64,000 nt of DNA from the NCBI RefSeq assembly GCF_056712565.1, contig NZ_CM160072.1. One strand, written 5' to 3'. Below, in pieces: positions 1-10,107 of this stretch (position 1 is its first letter; each line of letters begins with the position of its first letter). A model generated the notes under the pieces. That model was given only the letters and a program-made list of their open reading frames with translations. It was not told where the DNA came from and did not search any database. A program made the translations under genes and the position numbers.

Positions 1-209
1 ATCTGCAGGGTGAGGCGATGAGCCTGGCGGGTGCAGCCGTTCAGGGGATGCGTGGCGCAGATACGGGACTGAAAAATGGCATTACACAGACTGCTTTTGC
101 CGGTGCCGGATTTACCCATAATGCCAATCACGGGCTCGTAATGAATAACACCGTGGAGATGTTCAAGGATTTTCTGGCGAATTTCTTCAGGAAGAAACGT
201 CAGATATGA
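1..209 (+). CDS. 3' end of an ORF that begins left of the window; function unknown
   Basis: Frame is open from position 3 through the stop at 207-209; no recognisable motif. Confidence 0.2.
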   Translation, partial: LQGEAMSLAGAAVQGMRGADTGLKNGITQTAFAGAGFTHNANHGLVMNNTVEMFKDFLANFFRKKRQI

Positions 210-348
210 TTTCACTTGCGCGGAGAGGGAAGAATTGCTGAATGGCATACCGGTATCCTGTTGATTTCACTGAACCGGATCACACTAATCCGGTTTATCA
301 TTCAGGTAATATGGGTGTGAAAATTTTTCCATTGACGGGAAGAAGAGT

Positions 349-1572
349 ATGGCTAAAAACAAAGGTATCTGTCGGAATAAAAAATGCAGTAATCCTGTTT
401 CAGAATTTGATGAGGCAAATGCCTTAAGGTTATGCGATGATCATTATAAGCTATGGAAGCGAAATAAAGAGAATCGTCGGGTCAGGAATATTTGTCGTAT
501 AATTAGTAGATATGACAAAAGTCTGGACTGGGAGATATTTTATAGAGTAAGAGATGCTGCAAAAAATAAAACGGGAAAGAGAATTATTGAGGACGCAAAA
601 ATATTACACCAATGGCGTGCTTCAAAGCAAGTAAGAAAAAGTTTTCACAAGGGTGTGCTTCGGTCACGGGAATGGCTTAATACACAGGAGTTACTGAGCA
701 GAAAACATATATCTGTTACAGGTGAACTATTTAAATTTTACATAAAAGATATTATCAGATTATATTGCTATAAGTTTCTCTACAGCAGAGAATATCTTAA
801 TGAAAACGCATACAAAAAACGATATCAGAGAGATATTCACCCCAGAAAAGTTAATGTTCCGATACTGCAACTTGAAGTTGCATGGATAAATAATAATTGC
901 CGCTCAAGTGATTCAAGCACTGATATTATTATCCTTCCGAGGATGATAAGAAGAATGGTTGTATTTAATTATACGAAGATAAATAAACAATTAGAGAAAG
1001 TGTTGGGGGGGATAGCACGAAAACAAACCTCAGAAAGGAATAAAGGCGGTCTCTATACCAGAATAAAAAAAGAAAGTGACTTTCTTTCTATGGATAGATT
1101 TATGGTGGAAATAGAAAATATCATAAGACCTGAAAGGTTTCCTACATCAATTTATCCAGTCTTTTCACATTCATTTATTGAACGAGAGCTTCCGCTACTG
1201 AATCTTGCCCGATCACAGTATAAAAGAGCAATAAGTAAAAGAGTGGCGAATTCAATTTTTTATACTTTGCAAAAAACTAACGTGGCATTATGGCTATATC
1301 TTGAAATGTTTGCTCTGGTGGCATTCATTAAACTGTATACAGGAAAAGGTTTTGAATTCATAAAGAACATGTGTGTATTTATCGATTATGAGAAAGGGAT
1401 AATAAAATCCACACATGAAGAACTGCTGGGTGAAATTAAACGTAACATTCAAGTGAATTTGAAGGTGAATCCTGATAATTTTCCAGAGTTAATAGATATA
1501 TACAATTCATGCTTTAGTGAAAATATATTGTCATATGATATTCAGGATGGTAATTTTAAATGGCGCTCATGA
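349..1572 (+). CDS. Hypothetical protein, 407 aa, Lys/Arg/Ile-rich, in very AT-rich DNA (likely horizontally acquired orphan)
   Basis: Long uninterrupted ORF with strong low-GC codon bias unlike the core genes; no recognisable catalytic motif. Confidence 0.4.
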   Translation: MAKNKGICRNKKCSNPVSEFDEANALRLCDDHYKLWKRNKENRRVRNICRIISRYDKSLDWEIFYRVRDAAKNKTGKRIIEDAKILHQWRASKQVRKSFHKGVLRSREWLNTQELLSRKHISVTGELFKFYIKDIIRLYCYKFLYSREYLNENAYKKRYQRDIHPRKVNVPILQLEVAWINNNCRSSDSSTDIIILPRMIRRMVVFNYTKINKQLEKVLGGIARKQTSERNKGGLYTRIKKESDFLSMDRFMVEIENIIRPERFPTSIYPVFSHSFIERELPLLNLARSQYKRAISKRVANSIFYTLQKTNVALWLYLEMFALVAFIKLYTGKGFEFIKNMCVFIDYEKGIIKSTHEELLGEIKRNIQVNLKVNPDNFPELIDIYNSCFSENILSYDIQDGNFKWRS

Positions 1573-3024
1573 TGTGAAAATATTAATTTCACATTACATA
1601 TTAATTATCCACAAAAAACATATAATTAATTTCAATGAGTTACATATAAAAACGTTGATGATTATCCAGCTTAGTATGGTTATGCAATGTGATGCTTAAC
1701 GCTTACAGATAATAACACATTCATATGAGCTATATATCATAATATTCAATAATCATGATATGCTAATCTGATTATGGATAAAAATTACTGAATGACGCCA
1801 TATTATGATTGGCAGTGTTTCCTGTATACGATGACTTATCTCTCCCGCATCATATGGGGGTACGTTTCTTAGGAAAAGTGACGGGGTTACAGAAGCCAAT
1901 TACGATAGTTTGTTGTAGAGTTATCACGAGTTTTTGTTGTTCTGAAGACGGAATCAGAAAAATAATTCCAGAGTAAACATGTCTGTTTTTTGACCAGTAA
2001 AGATCCATGCTGGCCGTGAAAAACTGAAATCAACACTCAGTCTGCATGGATGTCTGAAGATATTGAGAATGTCGGGAATGGTACTATATACGTATTATAC
2101 AGACATATCTTCACTAAGTGTTATACACGCATTTTCATAAACAATTCTACAAGTGTTTTCATTAAGCATTGCTGTACACATTGTTTGATCTGATACACAT
2201 CCAGTTTAGTAAATCTTTACGTTAGCTAAAATCAGTTTAAAGCTGCTACAAAACAATTTTTCTTGTTTAAGTAATCAGGATGATATTCTATTTTTCTGAA
2301 GTTACGTTTAACCTTTTCTTAGTTTTTGTGTTTTTAGTCGTTAACCTGAGACAAGTGTCTTTATGTAAAAACGCAAATCCGGCTGAGATAACCTGGCGTG
2401 ATTTACTGTGTGCTTACGATGATTTTGTTAAATGGTTTTATGGATGATTTTGTAACGATGAGATTGATGAGATGATTAACTGGCCCTGGTGTTTTTTCTC
2501 AGCGCAAGACTCTTTTCAGGAAAAGCGTGATGATTGGTTCTGGTGTTTTGATTCAGATGAGGTTTACGTTATCGATGGTTAACCGTTTTTATGGAGCGTA
2601 GTTAAAAGTAACGTTTTCAGTATAAGAAAATCGATTCTGATGTTGGTGGTTTTTGTTCTTGGGGCGGGGGTGTCTGTAAACAGGTTTTAATCGCGCTGTT
2701 CGGCTCTGTGATTGAGTTGTGTGGTTAAGCTGTAGGTGTGGTGTTGCTGTTGATTTACAGCGCCAGAAAGCGTTCTGATTGCGTTTCTGACGTTTTGTTT
2801 GCGCGTTCTGTTGATCCGTTTCCCTTCAGGCTTTGTAGTTTTTAAAAAACATTTATGCCGTTGTTGTGTGTTTTACTCTGCGTGTAGGTTTATTTTTTCT
2901 TCGTGGGGGATTCATTCTGTTTTAATCAGGAGCCATTGGCGTTGCTCAATGGCGGGATGCCGTAAAGTTTTACCGCAGTGATTAATGATGTGAAGTCAAT
3001 CCAAATCAACGGAGATCTCTCATC

Positions 3025-3756
3025 ATGAATCAACCAATACACAATGCTTACTGGTTATCCCGTTTTGAAAGTATTCTCAACAGTGCCCTGGCGCAACACC
3101 GTGCCGTCTCGTTAATCCGGGTGGATTTACGTTTCCCTGAGTATATGCCTGCCACCATCATGGATACCGATTTAGATTCAGCGGTGATTTCTCGTTTTTT
3201 TGCATCCCTGAAAGCAAAAATTCAGGCTTACCAGCGACATAAACGACGTGCCAACAAGCGTGTGCGTGCAACCACTCTGCGTTATTTCTGGTGTCGGGAG
3301 TTTGGCAAGGAAAAAGGCAGGAAACATTATCACGTGATATTACTGCTCAACAAAGATACCTGGTGCTCGCCAGGGGATTTCACCGTTCCTTCTTCGCTGG
3401 CGACGCTGATCCAACTGGCATGGTGCAGTGCTCTGCATCTCGAGCCCTGGCAGGGTAATGGACTGGTTCATTTTTCCAGGCGGACGCCTTTCCGTAAACC
3501 GACATCATCTGATGCTCGCCCTTCTTCCGATGATACGCCTTTGTCGGGTGGATGTTCTGAAACCAGGAAGGCTTCAGACAAAAAGTCTGGTGGATCCGCT
3601 GTGCTCTGGGTCAAGCGTGGTGATGTGGAAGCGATGCAGAAAGCCCGGAACAGAGCCAGTTATCTCGTGAAATATGAGACGAAGCAGCATGACGGTTCCG
3701 GGCAACGTAATTATGGTTGCAGTCGTGGGGTAGGGCGTCTACTGGATGGCAGGTGA
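3025..3756 (+). CDS. YfjJ/YagK-family (inovirus Gp2-like) prophage protein
   Basis: 243 aa ORF; HYHVILLL-type block and overall resemblance to the YfjJ/YagK proteins of CP4-type cryptic prophages; adjacent AlpA-like gene. Confidence 0.5.
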   Translation: MNQPIHNAYWLSRFESILNSALAQHRAVSLIRVDLRFPEYMPATIMDTDLDSAVISRFFASLKAKIQAYQRHKRRANKRVRATTLRYFWCREFGKEKGRKHYHVILLLNKDTWCSPGDFTVPSSLATLIQLAWCSALHLEPWQGNGLVHFSRRTPFRKPTSSDARPSSDDTPLSGGCSETRKASDKKSGGSAVLWVKRGDVEAMQKARNRASYLVKYETKQHDGSGQRNYGCSRGVGRLLDGR

Positions 3757-3913
3757 GCCCTGTAAAACGGCATCCGGTACCAGAGTGTATGTCACGGTAA
3801 GGGCGTCAGCCAACGCCCTTAGATCGTTTTCTGCTAATAGCCCTGAAGTCATGAAACGGTATTTTTATCTGCTTCCGCTCCTGGAAACACTCCGTCGGTA
3901 AAAACTTACCGGG

Positions 3914-4678
3914 ATGATTAATGATGTGAACCGAAGTCAACGGAGATCATTCCCCCTGAACCTGCATCCAGTGTTCTTTCCCTTATCTTCCCGTTCTGCT
4001 TCGGTTCTTCACTTATTCCATCAACTCCATCCGCAAACCATAACACGTCAGCTTATTCACGGGCAGGACGCATTGTGGGCTGCGCATAACGGAGCATATC
4101 TTATGAATGCTATCCCTTATTTCGACTATAGCCTGGCCCCCTTCTGGCCATCTTATCAGAACAAAGTCGTCGGCGTCCTTGAGCGTGCGCTGCGTGAGCA
4201 GTCCGGCTCACGGATACGGCGGATCCTGCTTCGTCTGCCGTGTGAATATGACAATACCTTCAACAGCAGAACGACCTGGTTTGGTATGGATTTTATCGAA
4301 ACCGTCAGTGCGCTGATGAATGCAACCCCCGGACGTGATCTCTGCTGGCTCCTGACCCGTCATCCTGAAAAACCGGAATACCACGTGGTGCTGTGCGTCA
4401 GACAGGAGTATTTCGATGGCCCTGAATTGGACCGGTTGATACTGGATGCCTGGAGTAACGTACTGGGCTTCGCGTCACCGGGTGAAGCAAAGCAGTATCA
4501 GAAGCAGATCACCCGGGATGTGGTGCTGGACAGTCGTTCACCGGACTGTGAAAACATCCTCAAAGAGTTGATATGGGCGTTCAGTGATTTCGCCCGCGAT
4601 CGTCGTGGTGTGTGCGATCCGGAAGCCCGTTGCCTCGCCGGTAATCCCGGCTATCCCGGATCTGCAGGACCGTTCTGA
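3914..4678 (+). CDS. Second YfjJ/YagK-family paralog (true start may be the ATG near 4103)
   Basis: Parallel architecture to 3025..3756 including the EYHVVLCV block; the first ~60 codons of the ORF are a leader shared with the element upstream of the first copy. Confidence 0.45.
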   Translation: MINDVNRSQRRSFPLNLHPVFFPLSSRSASVLHLFHQLHPQTITRQLIHGQDALWAAHNGAYLMNAIPYFDYSLAPFWPSYQNKVVGVLERALREQSGSRIRRILLRLPCEYDNTFNSRTTWFGMDFIETVSALMNATPGRDLCWLLTRHPEKPEYHVVLCVRQEYFDGPELDRLILDAWSNVLGFASPGEAKQYQKQITRDVVLDSRSPDCENILKELIWAFSDFARDRRGVCDPEARCLAGNPGYPGSAGPF

Positions 4679-4746
4679 AAGCTCGGTTCAGCATCTTTCC
4701 CTGCATTCGCACAAACTTCATAAATCTCACAAAGGACATTCTGACC

Positions 4747-4980
4747 ATGTTGACCACAACAAGCCACGACAGCGTGTTACTGCGTGCCGACGATCCCCTG
4801 ATCGACATGAACTACATCACCAGTTTCACCGGTATGACCGATAAATGGTTTTACAAGCTGATCAGTGAAGGTCATTTCCCTAAACCCATCAAACTGGGGC
4901 GCAGCAGCCGCTGGTACAAAAGTGAAGTGGAGCAGTGGATGCAGCAGCGAATTGAGGAATCACGAGGAGCAGCAGCATGA
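4747..4980 (+). CDS. alpA: AlpA-family phage/island transcriptional regulator (small HTH protein)
   Basis: 77 aa; FPKPIKLGRSSRWYKSEVEQW matches the AlpA signature (FP.P.KLG...W...E...W). Confidence 0.6.
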   Translation: MLTTTSHDSVLLRADDPLIDMNYITSFTGMTDKWFYKLISEGHFPKPIKLGRSSRWYKSEVEQWMQQRIEESRGAAA

Positions 4981-5254
4981 AACGTGTTGCAATACCAGCG
5001 CCGGCATTGCGGAAATCAGCCCTGTCCCCGATGCTGGCGACACTCCCGCTCATCTTTCTGCTGACTCCTCTGGTCTGCCAACTGTTTGTCATCATTTCCT
5101 GACTGATTCGTCATTCCCTTCGTCCCGCCAGTCACTGGTGTTTGTATCGTACCGTCCGGTGTTGATGTGCGTTTTCCGTGTGTCTGCACCGGCTTAACAA
5201 AATTCAACAGGGTTTGAAAAGGAACATTTCGTGCAAATAACCGAAGCCTTAATT

Positions 5255-5590
5255 TCAGAGCCGGGAGACATCCGGCGTTTTGTTCAGCAGGCGCTGGAGT
5301 TCTTTAATCTGCTTCATGGCAGCAGCAAGTTCAGAGGCAGGAACGACCTGTTCTCCTGCGGCCACAGCAGTAAGACTTCCCTCCTGGTATTGCTTGCGCC
5401 AGAGAAATAACTGGCTGGCTGCCACACCGTGTTGCCGGGCAACAAGGGAGACCGTCATTCCCGGTTCAAAGCTCTGCTGAACAATAGCGATCTTTTCCTG
5501 TGTAGTACGCCGTCTGCGTTTCTCCGGTCCTAAGACATCAATCATCTGTTCTCCAATGACTGGTCTAAAAACTAGTATTAAGACTATCAC
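5255..5590 (-). mobile_element. IS66-family accessory protein TnpA (orfA) relic; rest of the IS is missing
   Basis: [44 protein letters not shown] matches the IS66 OrfA signature; no orfB/tnpC follows. Confidence 0.6.
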
Positions 5591-5728
5591 TTAAATAAGT
5601 GATATTGGTTGTCTGGAGATTCTGGGGGCTAGTCTAGTTTTAAAGCGCCCCCTGCCGTATCAGAACTGGGGAATGCTACAGGGTTTGACCTGTTCCTCGA
5701 GGATCGTAGCGGAGCTAGCCATGAAAAA

Positions 5729-6793
5729 ATGATCCAGGCCCGAAATCAGCTTCTTGCTGAAGCGGCGAAAAGTCCAGCGTTAAACATGGTTCGTCCTAAC
5801 GGCATGAACGATGAGCCTCAGTTCCAGATTCTGATTGATGACGAGAAAGTTCAGGCGTTTAAACTGAGCATGAGCGACGTCGACAACATAATGTCAGCAG
5901 CCTGGGGTTCGATGTATGTAAATGATTTTAACGATCGTGGACGGGTGAAAAAAGTCTATATTCAGGGCGAACCCGGCTCACGTATATCACCGCAGGATTT
6001 TGATAAATGGTATGTCCGTAACAGTGATGGCGACATGGTTTCCTTTGCCTCTTTTGCAACAGGCAAATGGATTTATGGCTCACCAAAACTGGAGCAATAT
6101 AATGGTATCTCTGCTGTCGAAATCCTGGGGGAACCGGCACCAGGATACAGTTCCGGGGATGCAATGAAAGCAATTGAGGATATTGCGGCAAGACTTCCCG
6201 AAGGTTTCCATATTTCCTGGACAGGTTTGTCTTTTGAGGAACGACTTTCAGGTTCTCAGGCTCCTGCACTATATGCACTTTCACTGTTGATCGTCTTTCT
6301 GTGTCTGGCTGCACTGTATGAAAGCTGGAGCATTCCTTTCTCGGTCATGCTGGTTGTTCCGCTTGGTGTCCTGGGGGCTGTCTGTGCTACTTTGTTGCGC
6401 GGCCTTGGTAACGATGTCTTTTTCCAGGTCGGTTTATTAACAACAATAGGGCTGTCTGCGAAAAATGCCATACTTATCGTGGAGTTTGCTCGTGAATTGC
6501 ATGAGAAAGAAGGACTAAGCATTAAAGAGGCTGCTGTTGAAGCGGCGAGAGTGAGGTTAAGACCGATAATTATGACTTCGCTGGCATTTGTAATGGGGGT
6601 TATCCCACTGGCTGTCTCGACTGGAGCAAGTTCCGGAAGTAAACATGCCATCGGTACTGGTGTGGTTGGAGGGATGATCACTGCTACGATACTGGCAATC
6701 TTTTATATTCCTCTCTTCTATATGTTAATTGCCGGGTTCTTCAGCCGCAGAAATAAGAAATCATCGGATAAGACTGAAGCTGAGCAATCATAA
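5729..6793 (+). pseudogene. C-terminal third of an RND multidrug efflux permease (AcrB/AcrF-like); 5' two-thirds absent
   Basis: ORF aligns to the last ~350 residues of AcrB ([19 protein letters not shown]..., [20 protein letters not shown]..., MTSLAF) with nothing coding for the N-terminal ~650 aa. Confidence 0.75.
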
Positions 6794-6892
6794 GCATGAG
6801 TAAATATTCAGGTGCAGTAAACAACATACTGCGCCTGAGTAAATGGCTGTTGGGTTGGTACTAAATGCCCCAGAGATATTTCCTGAAATAAG

Positions 6893-7264
6893 ATGTCAAT
6901 GGAGATTTCAACAGTGGTGCGGCACACAAAATTTGCAGCGGAAGAAACCCGCAAACAAATCCTGGATGTGGCAGAGTTCTGCTTTTGTGAGACGGGCTTT
7001 TCGAAGACGACACTGGAGATGATTGCGGCGCGCGCAGGTTGTACTCGGGGGGCCATATACTGGTATTTCAACGAAAAAAAAGATCTTCTGCGACAAGTCA
7101 TCGAGCGGGTACCACTATCATTATTTGATGAGCTTACAGCCATCAAAAATGGGAGAGTTTTTGAACCGGTTAAAGCGATGTATCGTTGCTTATCACGTAG
7201 CCTGATTAAATTACAATATAATGTACACTTACGGAATGTAATTTATATTGTGTTTTTTTTGTGA
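6893..7264 (+). pseudogene. TetR/AcrR-family regulator, N-terminal HTH retained, C-terminus degenerate
   Basis: TetR HTH signature (TTLEMIAARAGCTRGAIYWYFNEKKDLL); ORF is only 123 aa and ends in low-complexity sequence. Confidence 0.55.
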
Positions 7265-7535
7265 AGAATGTCCGGATGATATAAGAATAAATTTCTTACA
7301 AAAAATGGTGGATGTCAATAATTTTGTGAAATTACTATGTTATATTTTCGAAAAAGGTAAGTTATATAGAGAAATATGTTTGGAAATTCGTAGTGAGACT
7401 CTGGCGTTCCTGCTTTTTTCTTTGTTTACGGGGGGGGGCGAAGTTGCATTCTGCAACCTGATAATAAATCCCTTTTCAGAGAGGGTTGCATAGTACTGGA
7501 GTTGACCCAATCAACCTTCACAGGCATCGATAAAA

Positions 7536-7881
7536 ATGAACGCTACTATAAAAAACAGCTCTGATATCAATGAGTTTGCTAAATGGATTGATGAAAATCT
7601 TGAGGTAGAACTCTCAATAAATATTGAGGCAAAAAAAGCTGGATATTCAAAATGGTATTTACAGAGATTGTTTAAACATATCATTGGTATTTCTATTGGT
7701 AGGTATATTAATAAATGCAGCAGAAGAACTACGTTCTACTACTGAATCGGTCACGACTATCACTTTTAAATATCAGTTTGATTTTCAGCAGACATTTACA
7801 AGGGCATTTACTCGCCGCTTTGGTATAGCTCCTATTGCATACCGAAAACTCGCTAAGGAAGAAGTGAGATGGAATAGTTAG
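7536..7881 (+). pseudogene. MarA/RamA/SoxS-like small AraC-family activator, split by a frameshift
   Basis: Two overlapping ORFs (7536..7745, 7624..7881) carry the two halves of a MarA-type double HTH (AGYSKWYLQRLFK... / ...FDFQQTFTRAFTRRFGIAPIAYRK). Confidence 0.55.
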
Positions 7882-8183
7882 TTATGTAAGCGTTATTTAC
7901 TTAAGCGTGGATATATAAGAATGATATTATCAATATGTTGCTCATGAGTTTTTAATAGCATATAGGCTTGTTAACATAGCCCAGCAATATACTTTGCAGT
8001 GGGAGCAGGTATGCATACAGAACAGTGGGCGAGGACGAGCGTCCCTTTTCGAACAAGGTAGCAAAAGAGGAAGAAGAAAGACAAATACAACTGGGCCTGA
8101 AAGGGTAGTGTTTAAGCCCCCTTTCAGGGGGCCGTGTCAAAGCCGCCCGCTATGCAGATGGTTTTTTACTTTATCTGTTAAGC

Positions 8184-8219
8184 AAAAAAATGCCGCGATA
8201 AAGAAATTGTTACCGCGGC
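8184..8219 (-). terminator. Rho-independent terminator after the extended shell-protein gene
   Basis: On the minus strand GCCGCGG...CCGCGGC stem followed by a run of 7 T, ~20 nt past the stop at 8238. Confidence 0.5.
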
Positions 8220-8237
8220 AGCGTCATAGCAATTTAC

Positions 8238-8783
8238 TTATTTTTTCTTGCCGCTGGAACGAGGACCTTTCTTTGCTGCCTCCTGCGGTACATCAGATTT
8301 TGTAGGTTTAGTGTTTTCTATTGAGGGTTTAACTGGTTGATGCTGCTCCACGGACTTCAGCGTTTCATCAGTGACATCCATACAGGATGCGCTGATTGAC
8401 GTATCAAGGTTAACCACCGGGAATGTCTGTGAAGGCGCGTTTTCAGCCTGCAGTGTCGGTTGTGCAGCAGGCACTTCAGGTTGAGGTTCTGCGACGCCGG
8501 CGGTCACTTTAGAGTGAATAATCTGCTCGATATGCTGCGCGGTGCGGGCGATCACCTTATGGGCATACACCTCGCCAACCCGGCTTGCCGCGCTGATGGC
8601 TGCCGCTACCGCCGCGTTAATTGCGCCCACTTCCCCTTCCAGCTTCACGGTCACCATCCCGCCGCCTTTCGTCAATTCATAGCCTACCAGACTAACGTTA
8701 GCGGATTTCATTGCGGCATCGGCGGCTTCTACCGCCGCAGACATCCCGACGGTTTCGATTAAGCCTAAACTTTTCCCAGACAT
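8238..8783 (-). CDS. BMC-H microcompartment shell protein with a long Pro/Gln/Glu-rich C-terminal extension (PduK-like architecture)
   Basis: N-terminus MSGKSLGLIETVGMSAAVEAADAAMKSANVSLVGYE is a canonical BMC (PduA/EutM) domain; AGGAGA RBS before the ATG at 8783; ~90 aa tail follows. Confidence 0.8.
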   Translation of the reverse strand: MSGKSLGLIETVGMSAAVEAADAAMKSANVSLVGYELTKGGGMVTVKLEGEVGAINAAVAAAISAASRVGEVYAHKVIARTAQHIEQIIHSKVTAGVAEPQPEVPAAQPTLQAENAPSQTFPVVNLDTSISASCMDVTDETLKSVEQHQPVKPSIENTKPTKSDVPQEAAKKGPRSSGKKK

Positions 8784-8827
8784 AAATTTCTCCTGTAATA
8801 AATTCAACTGTGCTGCGCGTCGTCGGC

Positions 8828-9979
8828 TTAACGTCCAACGTCTTCGTATAATAGCGCCGCTTTGTCCGTAACTTCCCACGGAAAGCTGTCGCGACCAAAG
8901 TGACCATAGCAGGCTGTTTTACGATAGCGGGGGACCAGCAGATCAAGCGTAGTAATGATGCCGAACACGCTAAGATCGAAATGGCTGTTAACGCCTCTCA
9001 GCAACGCTTCAGATGACACTGTTTGTGTACCGAAGGTGTTAATCCTGACGGAAACAGGGCGGGGCAGGCCGATGGCCCATCCCAACTGGACTTCACAGCG
9101 TGAGGCAAGCCCAGCGGCGACGATGTTTTTCGCCACATAGCGAGCAGCGTAGGCGGCGGAACGATCGACTTTCGACGGATCTTTGCCTGAAAACGCGCCG
9201 CCGCCATGGCAAGCCGCGCCGCCATAGGTATCAACAATAATTTTACGCCCCGTTAGCCCGCAGTCACCCACCGGCCCGCCAATCACAAAACTGCCTGCAG
9301 GGTTCACCAGAAAGCGGGTTTGTGGTGTGAGCCAGTGCGAAGGCATCACAGGTTTAACAATTTCTTCGATGACCGCTTCCCGTAGCGCGTCCAGAGAAAC
9401 GTCAGGGCTGTGTTGGGTAGACACCACAACGGTATCTACTGAATGAACACGATTATCCTGATAGCGCAGGGTAACCTGGCTTTTGGCATCAGGGAGTAAA
9501 AATGGTAACCGTTGGGATTTACGCAACTGCGCCTGGCGCTCCATCAGACGATGGGCGTATACCAGCGTGGCGGGCATCAGTTCCGACGTTTCATCACAGG
9601 CGTAACCGAAGGTGATGCCCTGATCGCCCGCCCCCAGTTCTTCCATCGAGTGGCCGCGAATGCCTTCAGCAATATTGGCGGACTGTTTGCCAAGGATATT
9701 TAATACACAGCAGGTATTGCCATCAAACCCCAATCGCGAATGGTCGTAACCAATCTCTTTTATGGTGTTGCGGACAATCTTCTCAATATCCACGGCGGCA
9801 TGGGTAGATATTTCTCCGGCAACAATAGTGGCACCAGTTTTCACCAAGCATTCACAGGCAACCTTACCCCACGGGTCCTGTAGGAGTATCGCATCCAAAA
9901 TGGCATCAGAAATTTGGTCCGCCATTTTATCGGGATGCCCTTCGGCAACGGATTCGGAGGTAAACAGGTAATCGTTCAA
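8828..9979 (-). CDS. S-adenosylmethionine synthetase paralog (MetK-like), apparent TTG start
   Basis: Full-length collinear MetK signatures ([33 protein letters not shown]) but clearly diverged from housekeeping MetK and not in the metK genomic context. Confidence 0.85.
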   Translation of the reverse strand: MNDYLFTSESVAEGHPDKMADQISDAILDAILLQDPWGKVACECLVKTGATIVAGEISTHAAVDIEKIVRNTIKEIGYDHSRLGFDGNTCCVLNILGKQSANIAEGIRGHSMEELGAGDQGITFGYACDETSELMPATLVYAHRLMERQAQLRKSQRLPFLLPDAKSQVTLRYQDNRVHSVDTVVVSTQHSPDVSLDALREAVIEEIVKPVMPSHWLTPQTRFLVNPAGSFVIGGPVGDCGLTGRKIIVDTYGGAACHGGGAFSGKDPSKVDRSAAYAARYVAKNIVAAGLASRCEVQLGWAIGLPRPVSVRINTFGTQTVSSEALLRGVNSHFDLSVFGIITTLDLLVPRYRKTACYGHFGRDSFPWEVTDKAALLYEDVGR

Positions 9980-9985
9980 AGCGAG

Positions 9986-10039
9986 CCCACTTGTTTGGGA
10001 AGTTTATTCCTATCTTAGGATAGGAACCTGACAAGTGGG
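9986..10039 (-). promoter_or_regulatory. Long hyphenated palindrome immediately 5' of the MetK-paralog start codon
   Basis: CCCACTTGT...ACAAGTGGG outer arms around a perfect inner inverted repeat TTCCTATC-TTAG-GATAGGAA; lies 7-60 nt upstream of the start. Confidence 0.35.
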
Positions 10040-10107
10040 CGTAAACTATCTTGCGGGCGTGTTGGACTATTTTGCTTTCATTATCGGGCCAATGCAAAAT
10101 CACGCCA

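Noticed and set aside
5255-5590. Possibility that the IS66 fragments at 5.3 kb and 40.5 kb are two ends of one IS66 split by a 35 kb insertion
   Set aside because: Both are on the minus strand with the orfA fragment at the lower coordinate and the tnpC fragment at the higher one, the wrong order for a single element; treated as independent relics.
8117-8133. GCCCCCTTTCAGGGGGC hairpin as a terminator
   Set aside because: No adjacent T-tract on either strand; the nearby hairpin at 8184..8219 with a 7-T run is the better terminator candidate.
8828-9979. Housekeeping metK
   Set aside because: Sequence is clearly diverged from E. coli MetK and the gene lies in the island rather than the metK chromosomal context; interpreted as a paralog pending a whole-genome check.
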